DNA from: Deltaproteobacteria bacterium
GTDB taxonomy: Bacteria > Myxococcota_A > UBA9042 > PHBI01
Direction: 5' to 3'
NCBI GenBank assembly: GCA_011526585.1
Contig: WYBB01000133.1
Coordinates: 15-64,014, forward strand
Length of the DNA stretch: 64,000 nucleotides
Positions 12,729 through 21,040 of the stretch are shown in pieces (within the stretch, counting starts at the first letter, position 1; each line of letters starts with the position of its first letter). A program made the translations under genes and the position numbers. The notes below the pieces were generated by a model. It searched no databases and was not told the origin of the DNA. It worked only from the letters and a program-made list of their open reading frames with translations.

Positions 12729-14465
12729 CTATTGGCAGGTCGGCAGCGGCAGGTTGAGCAACTGAGACCACGTCCAGCTCGCGCTCGTCGGTGGGCTGCC
12801 GCCGCTCCAATCGTACTCGGTCACGCGCATCGCGCCGTGCACGAACCCCAGCGCCTGCCGCACTTGGCCGTCGTCGTCGCTCCACAGGTGCAGACGATAC
12901 GGCACCACCATGCAGGTGTGCTCCAGCATCGCGAGCACATGCCCGTCCATGGCGTCCACCACGTGGATCGTCAGCGGTGCCGGCGTTTCCGACACCGGGA
13001 GCTTCTCGCCCAGCCCGGTGTGGTAGAGCCACTGTGCGCTCAGCGCACCGAGCGGTGCTCCGTACAGCGTCGTCGGCTCGAAGTCGGCCCTGCCCGAGCC
13101 CGCGCCTCCGCCCGACGAGCCCAGCGCCAGGAGGTTCTCGAGCCCGTGCTCGAGCCGCGTCAGCGCCACCGATCCGGGCACGGCCGTGCCCGCCGGGTCC
13201 CCCAGCGAAAAGGCCAGCGGCCCGGTCACGAGCGCACCGCTGCCCTGGTTCTGCACGCGGTCCCACGTCGCCGCCGTGCCAGCCACCGGTGTGATGGTGA
13301 GCGCCCCGAACTCGATCACGAGCCGCAGCCGGTCCACCTGCTGCGCGTGTCGCGCCGGTTCGATCCGCAGCCCCGTCGCCACCACCGTCGTGAACACGAG
13401 CGACGAGATCCCCTCGACCTCGTACGGCGTGAACGTGGCCGTGCTCCAATGACCCCCGGTGGTCAGCGTGCGCGTCACCGCCTTGAGCCCGACCCCGAGC
13501 TCCACCTCCAGCACCAACGGGTCGAAGTCCAAGCTGCCCCCCCCTGCGCCGCCGCTCTCCGAGCCCACGGCGCTCGGCATCTCCGCGGACACCTCGAGGC
13601 GCCGCACGATCAGCACCGCCGACTCGCTCTCGACCCCACCGGTCGCGTCCAGCACGAGCTCGCCGATCGCGGGCGGCGTCGGCTCTTCGCCCGGGCCCCA
13701 CGCCTCGGGTCCCATGGGCCCCACCGGGCCCGGCGCGCCCGGTGCTCCGGGCGCCCCCGGCGTGCCCGGCGTGCCCGGTGCCCCCGGCGTGCCCGGAGCG
13801 CCCGCCGGTCCTTGCGGACCCTGCGGTCCCTGCGGACCCTGTGCGCCCTGCGCGCCCGCCACCCCCTGCGGACCCGGTTCCCCTTGCGGGCCCGCCGGGC
13901 CCGTCGCGCCGGCGGGACCGGGGAGGCCCGTGTCTCCGCGATCGCCTTTGGGACCCTCGGGGCCCGCCGGCCCGCGCTGGCCGGTCGCGCCCGCCGGGCC
14001 GATGTCGCCGCGTGGGCCCTCGGGACCCGCCGGACCACGCGCGCCGGTCTGGCCGGCGACCCCCGGCGGACCGACCGGACCCACCGCGCCGGGCGGGCCC
14101 GTGAGCCCACGCTCCCCGCGGATCCCCGGCTCACCCATCGCGCCGCGCGGCCCCTCCGGCCCCGCGGGCCCCATCGGACCCAGCGCGCCGACCATACCGT
14201 CTTCGCCCTGCGGACCGCGCGGGCCCGCCGGTCCGATCGGACCCATCGCGCCTTCGGGTCCACGCGGCCCGACCGCCCCATCGGGCCCGACCGGTCCGGG
14301 TCGGCCCGCGGTCCCTTCGAGCCCTTGAATACGCGTCTTGAGCGACTCGACCTGCGCCTGCAGCGCGGCGACCTCCGTCGGCGCGTCACCGCGATCCTCT
14401 TGCGTACAGCCCGACAAGAGGAAGGTGAGGAAGGTCGCGCATGCGATCCACGGCGTAGCGTTCAT
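12729..14465 (-). CDS. Lipoprotein with coiled-coil, about 67 collagen G-X-Y triplets and two tandem Hcp/tube-protein-like beta-barrel domains
   Basis: The ATG at 14465 sits 4 nt after GGAGGAG. The lipobox is FLLSGC. The uninterrupted GXY run spans about 13707-14315. The C-terminal halves each carry an ...S/GGGAGxG-(S/R)xDF(D/E)P... pattern resembling Hcp. Confidence 0.8.
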   Translation of the reverse strand: MNATPWIACATFLTFLLSGCTQEDRGDAPTEVAALQAQVESLKTRIQGLEGTAGRPGPVGPDGAVGPRGPEGAMGPIGPAGPRGPQGEDGMVGALGPMGPAGPEGPRGAMGEPGIRGERGLTGPPGAVGPVGPPGVAGQTGARGPAGPEGPRGDIGPAGATGQRGPAGPEGPKGDRGDTGLPGPAGATGPAGPQGEPGPQGVAGAQGAQGPQGPQGPQGPAGAPGTPGAPGTPGTPGAPGAPGAPGPVGPMGPEAWGPGEEPTPPAIGELVLDATGGVESESAVLIVRRLEVSAEMPSAVGSESGGAGGGSLDFDPLVLEVELGVGLKAVTRTLTTGGHWSTATFTPYEVEGISSLVFTTVVATGLRIEPARHAQQVDRLRLVIEFGALTITPVAGTAATWDRVQNQGSGALVTGPLAFSLGDPAGTAVPGSVALTRLEHGLENLLALGSSGGGAGSGRADFEPTTLYGAPLGALSAQWLYHTGLGEKLPVSETPAPLTIHVVDAMDGHVLAMLEHTCMVVPYRLHLWSDDDGQVRQALGFVHGAMRVTEYDWSGGSPPTSASWTWSQLLNLPLPTCQ

Positions 14466-14687
14466 GAGCTCCTCCATGACGAGTCCGACATCATGCAGCC
14501 GATCGACGGTCTGGCGCAACCTGGCGTCGCAATTCGCGAACATACGCGCTCGCCGTGCCCGACTCGATCAGATCCGTCCTCGACGCTCGCGTCGCGCAGC
14601 ACGAAGTGCGCGCGCTCGGCCCGCTTGCCCAGCCGCGTCAGGACGTGGTGCATGCGGCTCGCCGCATCCGGACACCGGGCAACGCGA

Positions 14688-15473
14688 TCACGCGGCGAGC
14701 AGGACGACCAGGCGCAGGTTGCGCAGCGTCATCGCCATCGGCGTGCCGAGCGTCGTCGTCAAGACGTCGAGCTCGTGGTGCAGGTCGTCCTTTTTCACCG
14801 CGAGCCTGACGAGCAGCGGGTGCGGTGTGCGCCGGTCGAGCGCCTGGTCGTCGCGGTCACTCGCCGCGAGGCGCTCGAAGAGCGCGACCATCGCGGGTGG
14901 GGGTGTGCCGTGGCCGCGCAGGAGCGCGTCGCGCACGCGGCGCACGTAATGCGCGCGGAGGCCGGTGGGGCCGTCATCGATCATATAGGGGCTCAGCGCG
15001 GCGACGAGCCCGTGGCCGCCGTGCTTCTCGCCGAGGAAGCGGTCGAGCTCGCCGATGAACGGGCGGCAGAGCGCGCGCAGCGGCTCGTTGACCGCGAGAA
15101 GCGTGCCGTGCAGGTCGTGCACCAGGGCGGGGTGCGGCGAAAGCCCGGTCAGCGTGCGCTCGATCTGCGCGCCGAGCGCGGCGTCGAGGCGCGCCTCCTC
15201 CGGCTCGGCGAGGTAGCCGGCGGCTTCGAGGAAGGCGAGCTCCTCGACCTCGGGGACTTTCAACGCGCGCGCCAGCCAGATCACCGCGTCGCGGCTCGGC
15301 TGCGCCTTGCCGTTTTCGACGAAGGCGAGGTGGCGCGTCGAGACGCCGGCGCGCTCCGCGAGGTCGCGCTGCGAGACGCCGCGGATCGCGCGCCAGTGGC
15401 GCAGGAGCTCGCCGATGCGGACCTTCACCGCGTCACCGGGAGGGGGCCTCGCCGGCGATGAGCGCGCGTGCAC
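14688..15473 (-). CDS. XRE-family HTH regulator with MmyB-like C-terminal domain
   Basis: IGELLRHWRAIRGVSQRDLAERAGVSTRHLAFVENGKAQPS. A more likely GTG start at 15428 lies just after the upstream gene's stop (15433-15435). Confidence 0.8.
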   Translation of the reverse strand: MHARSSPARPPPGDAVKVRIGELLRHWRAIRGVSQRDLAERAGVSTRHLAFVENGKAQPSRDAVIWLARALKVPEVEELAFLEAAGYLAEPEEARLDAALGAQIERTLTGLSPHPALVHDLHGTLLAVNEPLRALCRPFIGELDRFLGEKHGGHGLVAALSPYMIDDGPTGLRAHYVRRVRDALLRGHGTPPPAMVALFERLAASDRDDQALDRRTPHPLLVRLAVKKDDLHHELDVLTTTLGTPMAMTLRNLRLVVLLAA

Positions 15474-18288
15474 GGGCCGCCGCGGCCAGGCCGACGCGCG
15501 AGCCGTTGATGCGCCCGATGGTGTCGTCGGGCCAGATGTGGATCCCGCCCCACAGACGCGACTGGCCGGCCTGGTCGGCGGCGTCGTAGTAGCTCGCCCA
15601 CTGCAGGCGCACTTCGACGCTCGGGCCGTTCTCGAAGATCAGGTACTCGTCCTGGTAGGCGACGTACTCGTGAAGTCCGCCGGGGAAGTAGGGGCTGCCG
15701 GTGTACTCGGTCAGCGCCTCCGCCGCCGCGCGCGAGAACGTGCTGTGCCCGGAGATGAAGCCGGGGAAGGCGGGCGTGACGAAGGTGCGGCGCTGGTAGG
15801 GGATCCACTCCCTGGCGCGCATCCAGCCGATCGGCGTGTGCGTGTTCTTGCGATCGCCGGGCTCGCCGCGCCAGCCGCGCACGGCGATCTCGCCGAGGTA
15901 CCAGCGCAGGTGGTGATGGCGCTCACCCGGGGCCGCGCTCGCTTCGGTGATCTCCTCGATGAGGCCTTCGATGAGCGGCAAGCCGTCCTCGTGATAGCTC
16001 GCGCGCGACGGGTCGGTGCGCTGGCCGTTTTGCGCCATCCAGCGCACGAGGGTGATCGGGCGCGGGCCGAGGCTCTCGCGCTTGAGCTCCCAGGCGACGA
16101 TCGCCGCGTCGTGGGTGGCGCCGGTGACGACGAGGTAGAGGCCGAGGTCCCAGGCCAGCCCGTCGACCGGCGCCTCCGCGCCGTACGGGCGGCGCGCGTC
16201 GGGGCCGAGGCGATCGCTCACCTGGTTGGCGAGCGAGAGCCAGTGCCCGGGCGGGGTCTCCGAGCTCGGCCCGTCGGCCCACATCTCGGCGACGACGCGC
16301 GTGAAGTCGCCGCGCGGCACGAGGTTTTCGGCGTAGGGCTCGCCGGTCACGGGGTTTTGCGCGTAACCCTGTCCGTCGTTGGTGCCGAGGGGGTTGTTGC
16401 CGCGCCCGTTCGGGCCGATGTCCCACATGACGCCGTCGTCGGGATCGAGCTCGGATTCCTTGCGGATCATGTCGACGACCCAGTCGACCATCTCGGCGTC
16501 GGCGATGCTCGGGTAGCCGCCCATCGGATCGCCGTAGAGGCCGCTCTCGGGGTCGCGGCTGATGGCGAAGGGCTCGACCTCGCGCCAGTGCGCGCCGATG
16601 TAGGGCTGCACCGAGCTCTCGAGCACGATGCCGTTCTGCGTCTCGGCGGTGCCGAGGTTGAGCTGTTGCCACACGTCGGGATCGACGACGTTGGTGCCGA
16701 GGCGATCGACGATCATCACCGGGTTGTCGGCGGTCCACCCGGTGGTGTCCACGTAGCCGTTGGCCTCGTTGGCGCCGTCGTCGGCGAAGCGCTCGATCAC
16801 CGCGAAGCCGACGCGGTTGCCGACCGCGACCGGGTCGTCGCCGCTGACGTGCTCGTCGGCGGGATCGAGGCCGATCTTGGCCATGAACCGATCGTAGCAG
16901 TCGAGCGAGATCGCGCCGCCGATCGCGGTCTCGTAGCGGTGGCGCAGGACGCGCAAGGCCGCATACGCGATGGCGGTGTCGATGTCGTCCGCGCTCTGGG
17001 CCGTGAGCTCCTCGTCGACGACGACGCCGCGCGCGACCGGCTGGTAGATCGCCCAGGCGTCGTACATCGCGACCGCGACGTGGTGGAGGTTGCGCGCGTG
17101 CTTGGGCGGGTGCGGGATGTCGCGGCGGATCGAGTCGAGCAGGAGCTCGCTCCAGCGGCGCGCCATGCTGCCGTCGGGCTTCGGATCGATGCGCGCCTCC
17201 GGGCACATCGCGGCCGGCGGCGTGACCGTGGTCGGTGCCCAGGTGCCGACGGCCTTGTCCGAGGAGCAGGCGACGCCCTTGTCGAGGCGCGGCGAGAGCA
17301 CGCCGCCGCCGACCGCCCACACCGCGCCGCTCGCGCTCGTGCGATCGGCCCAGAGCGCGTGCATCGACTGCGGGGTCGAGGCGAGATCGACCGCCTGCCA
17401 CGCACCGCGCGAGCCCTTCTTCATGCTGAAGCCGTCGGCGCCGGCGATCCAGATCGCGCCGTCGCCGTCGACCGTCACGCCCTGGATGAGCGGCGCGTCC
17501 GCGGGCGTGTCGAGCGAGAAGCCGGCGAGACCGCCGCGCAGCACGATCCCGCTGTTGCCGCCGCCGACGGCGATCACCTCGTCGTCGGTGCCGGTCACGG
17601 TGAAGAGGGTCTCGGTGGTGCCCGAGGTCACGACCTTCAGGGAGGTACCGTCGAAGTGCAGGATGGTGCCGACGCCACCGACGATCCAGACGTCGTCGGC
17701 CGCGCGCCCCCACACCTTGAAGAGCGCGGGGATCTCGCCGTCGGCCGCGCGCGGCAGGTCGGCGGGCAACGCGACCTCGCTCCAGGTCTGGCCGTCCCAA
17801 CGCCACACGAAGCCGTCGCGCCCGGCGAAGCCGCCGACCGCCCAGAGATCGTCGGGGCTCGGGCCCCAGATCCCGTAGATCGTGTTGCCGAAGAACGGCG
17901 GGGTCGGCAGGCGCTCGATGGACGCCCCCCCGCTCTCCCGGTCGATGCGCACGACGCTGGCGCCGCCGCCGGCCATGAAGACCGGCCCGCCGGGAAACGC
18001 GTGCACCCACCAAAGATCATGAAGGATCTTGGTGTCGACGGCGGTCCAGCCGGCGCCGTCCCAGTGCAGCGCCAGCGGCGGCGAGGTGGGGGTGGGCTGC
18101 GCGCCGACGAGCCAGACGTCGTCGGGACCCGTGCCGCCGACCGAGAGGAAGGCGGCGGCCTCGTGCTGCGCGGTCGCCCCGAAGGTCGGTGTCGGTCGCG
18201 GGTCGTCGTCGGGATCGGGGCAGGCGGCGAGCGCGAGCGCGAGCGCGGTCGCGGCAAAGCGGCTCGGGGGCAGGGAGCGTGGGCGCAT
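15433..18288 (-). CDS. Lipoprotein fusing an N-terminal beta-propeller-like repeat region to a vanadium-haloperoxidase/PAP2-like C-terminal domain
   Basis: The ATG at 18288 gives MRPRSLPPSRFAATALALALAAC (lipobox). D(V/L)W(A/I/L)VGG...W(D/R)G..W units repeat. PAP2-type motifs are present: PAFPGFISGHSTFS and SRLWGGIHIWPDD. Confidence 0.75.
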   Translation of the reverse strand: MRPRSLPPSRFAATALALALAACPDPDDDPRPTPTFGATAQHEAAAFLSVGGTGPDDVWLVGAQPTPTSPPLALHWDGAGWTAVDTKILHDLWWVHAFPGGPVFMAGGGASVVRIDRESGGASIERLPTPPFFGNTIYGIWGPSPDDLWAVGGFAGRDGFVWRWDGQTWSEVALPADLPRAADGEIPALFKVWGRAADDVWIVGGVGTILHFDGTSLKVVTSGTTETLFTVTGTDDEVIAVGGGNSGIVLRGGLAGFSLDTPADAPLIQGVTVDGDGAIWIAGADGFSMKKGSRGAWQAVDLASTPQSMHALWADRTSASGAVWAVGGGVLSPRLDKGVACSSDKAVGTWAPTTVTPPAAMCPEARIDPKPDGSMARRWSELLLDSIRRDIPHPPKHARNLHHVAVAMYDAWAIYQPVARGVVVDEELTAQSADDIDTAIAYAALRVLRHRYETAIGGAISLDCYDRFMAKIGLDPADEHVSGDDPVAVGNRVGFAVIERFADDGANEANGYVDTTGWTADNPVMIVDRLGTNVVDPDVWQQLNLGTAETQNGIVLESSVQPYIGAHWREVEPFAISRDPESGLYGDPMGGYPSIADAEMVDWVVDMIRKESELDPDDGVMWDIGPNGRGNNPLGTNDGQGYAQNPVTGEPYAENLVPRGDFTRVVAEMWADGPSSETPPGHWLSLANQVSDRLGPDARRPYGAEAPVDGLAWDLGLYLVVTGATHDAAIVAWELKRESLGPRPITLVRWMAQNGQRTDPSRASYHEDGLPLIEGLIEEITEASAAPGERHHHLRWYLGEIAVRGWRGEPGDRKNTHTPIGWMRAREWIPYQRRTFVTPAFPGFISGHSTFSRAAAEALTEYTGSPYFPGGLHEYVAYQDEYLIFENGPSVEVRLQWASYYDAADQAGQSRLWGGIHIWPDDTIGRINGSRVGLAAAARARALIAGEAPSR

Positions 18289-18383
18289 CGGCTTTGGACC
18301 TCGTTGGGGGTGGCTCAGGGCAAGCCCTACCAGAACGCGACGGATCGGTTCAACTCCTGGCATCCAACCGGTATGGTGGGGCG

Positions 18384-19361
18384 ATGTTGCAGCGACACGT
18401 GCCCGAGGACGCGCCGATCGACGCGACGAGCAACGTGCTCGTGCGCCTGGGCGAGCACTGCAACCACGCCTGCCCGATGTGCTCCAACACCGGCCTGCCC
18501 GAGCTCGAGCACGTGGCGACGGCCGAGGCGCTGCGCCGCATCGACACGGTCTACGGCTGGGGCTTCCGCCGGGTCGTGCTGACCGGCGGCGAGCCGACGA
18601 TCCACCCCGGGTTCTTCGCGGTGGTCGAGCGGCTCGCGGCGCTCGGCGTGCCCTGGGACATCAACACCCACGGCCGGAGCTTCCACCGACGCGACTTCGC
18701 GGAGCGCGCGCGCCAGGGAGGGCTTCTGCGCGCCGTGGTCTCGCTGCACGGCGACACGGCGGAGATCGCCAACGCGATGAGCGGCGCGCCACCGGTCGCC
18801 TTCGAGCAGACGCTCGCCGGCATCGACCACCTGCTCGCGGTCGGGGTCGAGGTCACGTGCAACCTCGTGCTCTCGACGCTCAACCTGGAGCGGCTGGATC
18901 GGTGGCTCGAGCTCCTCGCCGCGCGCTTCGGCGACCGCGTGATCGCGAAGATCTGTTTCCCGTCGCTCCACTCGCACGGCGAGGCGTGGGGGCCGATCCA
19001 ACTCCGGCTCGAGACCGCCCGTCCTTTCTTGCGCGCGGCCCGCTCGCACGCGGCGGATCTCGGCCTGCGCCTGCAATGGGAGTCGATGCCGAACTGCGTC
19101 ACCGGCGACCCGGCGCACATCAGCGTAGGTCGCCTCGGCTTTGGCGAGACCCACTACCTCGATGATTTCGGCGGCGCGAAGGTCTATGCGATCGCGGCGG
19201 CCGAAGCCGCCATCGCGCGCTATCACGAGGACTGCGCGCGCTGCGCCGCGTTCGCGCGCTGCCCCGGGGTCTCGCGCCGCTACGCGGAGCGCTTCGGCCT
19301 GGCCGAGCTCGTGCCGTTCCCCATGGGGCGCACCGACTGGTGGGCCGCCTCGCGCGAGTGA
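18384..19361 (+). CDS. Radical SAM enzyme with C-terminal Cys cluster (partial SPASM/twitch-like)
   Basis: CNHACPMC (CX3CX2C) lies near the N-terminus. GGEPTIHP follows. CARCAAFARC (CX2CX5C) lies near the C-terminus. The gene is divergent from 15433..18288. Confidence 0.85.
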   Translation: MLQRHVPEDAPIDATSNVLVRLGEHCNHACPMCSNTGLPELEHVATAEALRRIDTVYGWGFRRVVLTGGEPTIHPGFFAVVERLAALGVPWDINTHGRSFHRRDFAERARQGGLLRAVVSLHGDTAEIANAMSGAPPVAFEQTLAGIDHLLAVGVEVTCNLVLSTLNLERLDRWLELLAARFGDRVIAKICFPSLHSHGEAWGPIQLRLETARPFLRAARSHAADLGLRLQWESMPNCVTGDPAHISVGRLGFGETHYLDDFGGAKVYAIAAAEAAIARYHEDCARCAAFARCPGVSRRYAERFGLAELVPFPMGRTDWWAASRE

Positions 19362-19390
19362 GGTCGTCAATCAGGACACAGGGTTTCCAA

Positions 19391-19422
19391 GAGCTTGTGT
19401 CGACACATCGGGACACAAGCTC
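19391..19422. promoter_or_regulatory. Perfect 11-bp inverted repeat with 10-nt spacer in the lower-GC leader upstream of the DUF4157 operon; candidate operator
   Basis: gagcttgtgtc-gacacatcgg-gacacaagctc read directly. Confidence 0.35.
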
Positions 19423-19440
19423 CGGGCATGGGACCACGGC

Positions 19441-19469
19441 TTGACACATGGGGCGCGGCTGGCTATGCC
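19441..19469 (+). promoter_or_regulatory. Sigma-70-like promoter candidate TTGACA-N17-TATGCC
   Basis: ttgaca at 19441-19446 and tatgcc at 19464-19469, about 130 nt upstream of the ATG at 19599. Confidence 0.3.
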
Positions 19470-19598
19470 TTTTGGCACAGGCAGCACGCCAGCACGTCGC
19501 GGAGTGTTGTGGTCGGTCCCCAGGCAGGCTCGCAGGCACACAACCATGGCCGGGCGTGAGCCACGCAACGGATCCCCCCAACGAGAGCGAGGTCGAAG

Positions 19599-21008
19599 AT
19601 GGGCATGATGGCAGGTGTGCGCGCGGATCGCGCCCCAGCGAGGAAGGCGGTCGCGCTCTCTGGCGGGAGCTCGTTGCAGTTCAACGGCGGTGGGCTCTCG
19701 CAGCTCGATCAGGACGTCGGCGTGGTGCAGCGCTCGGCCGCCGAGATCGGTGAGTCCGGCTTCAAGGGCGGCGGCGGCGAGATCCCGCACCGCGCCGCGA
19801 TGGAGCAGTCCTTCGGCCGCGACTTCGGCAACGTGCAGGCCTACTCCGGCAGCGCCGCGGTGCAGGCCAACGAGGACCTCGGCTCCAACGCGTACGCGAT
19901 GGGCAACCAGATCGCGTTCAAGTCCGCCAACCCGAGCGAGGCGCTGGTCGCGCACGAGCTGACGCACGTCGTGCAGCAGACCGAGGGCCCGGCCGGCAGC
20001 GGCTCGAGCCACGGCGGCGTCGACACCTCCGGCGAGGCCCAGGCCGAGGCGGTCGAGTCGGCCGTCGCTTCCGGGCGCACGGCGAGCTCGGTGCTCGGTG
20101 GGCCGGCGCTCAAGGCCGACGGCTCGGCCAACAAGGGCGGGCCGCGTCTGTCACCCGCGGGCGGCGCCGCGAAGAAGGGCGACAACAAGGCCAAGGGCGA
20201 CGGCAGCGACGAGAAGAAGAAGGCCGACGAGACCAAGAAGGAAGAGGAGGAGGCCAAGTCCAAGGCCAGCGAGGCCAAGGACGCCGGCGGCGGCAAGGAC
20301 GCCGGCGGCGACAAGAAGAAGGGCCCGGCGACCAAGCTCGACCCGGCGACGAAGAAGCACGACCCCGCGCTCGACTTCGGCATGGGCACGACCTTCTCGA
20401 CCGAGGGGCTCGAGAAGTCCTACGAGTGGACCTTCTGGGACAAGTCCTACTCGTGGCCGATCGCGACCGGCATCAACTTCATCCTCAAGCCGTCGGTGAA
20501 GGCCGCGGTCAAGGGCAAGGTCAACTACGCCGGTGAGGACAAGGGCGACGCCTCCGCCGCGCTCGAGGTCGCGGGCTCGATGGGCATCGGGATCTCCGGC
20601 GGCATCGCCAACGTCGCCGAGCTCTACGCCGTGCTCGAGCCGGGGATCTCCGGCTCCGGTGAGTTCACCAAGAAGAAGGACGGCGGCTCCGAGGTGAAGC
20701 TCGGCGCCTTCGTCAAGGTCGCCGGCAAGGTCGGCGTCTCGCTCGGAGGCGGCATCGTCGACTACGCCTTTCAGCTCTTCGAGGCCGAGCTCCTGCAGAT
20801 CGCCGGCGTGTCCTGGAAGGACGGCAAGCTCGCGTCGAGCGGCGTCTTCAAGCCGGGCAAGGACATCAAGCCGATCTGCGACGCCATCACGAAGATCATC
20901 GACAAGGCGAAGTCCGTCGGCGCGTCCCTCTACAATGGCGCGGTGAGCGCGGGCAACTACATCGCCGACAAGGCCTCGGCGGCCTACGACTGGGTCACCT
21001 CCTGGTGA
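19599..21008 (+). CDS. DUF4157-type (HExxH zincin-like) N-terminal domain protein with Lys/Glu-rich linker and Gly-rich C-terminal domain
   Basis: MEQSFGRDFGNVQAYSG...NAYAMGNQIAF...VAHELTHVVQQ, with HELTH at 19953-19967. GAGG lies 6 nt upstream of the ATG. Confidence 0.8.
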   Translation: MGMMAGVRADRAPARKAVALSGGSSLQFNGGGLSQLDQDVGVVQRSAAEIGESGFKGGGGEIPHRAAMEQSFGRDFGNVQAYSGSAAVQANEDLGSNAYAMGNQIAFKSANPSEALVAHELTHVVQQTEGPAGSGSSHGGVDTSGEAQAEAVESAVASGRTASSVLGGPALKADGSANKGGPRLSPAGGAAKKGDNKAKGDGSDEKKKADETKKEEEEAKSKASEAKDAGGGKDAGGDKKKGPATKLDPATKKHDPALDFGMGTTFSTEGLEKSYEWTFWDKSYSWPIATGINFILKPSVKAAVKGKVNYAGEDKGDASAALEVAGSMGIGISGGIANVAELYAVLEPGISGSGEFTKKKDGGSEVKLGAFVKVAGKVGVSLGGGIVDYAFQLFEAELLQIAGVSWKDGKLASSGVFKPGKDIKPICDAITKIIDKAKSVGASLYNGAVSAGNYIADKASAAYDWVTSW

Positions 21009-21040
21009 CATTTCCGCGCCGGCTCCGGTAGGTTCGGAGC

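Noticed and set aside
19473-19486. Sigma-54 promoter-like TGGCAC upstream of the DUF4157 gene
   Set aside because: The downstream GC dinucleotide is 2 nt closer to the GG than the consensus TGGCACG-N4-TTGC spacing allows, and there is no TTGC.
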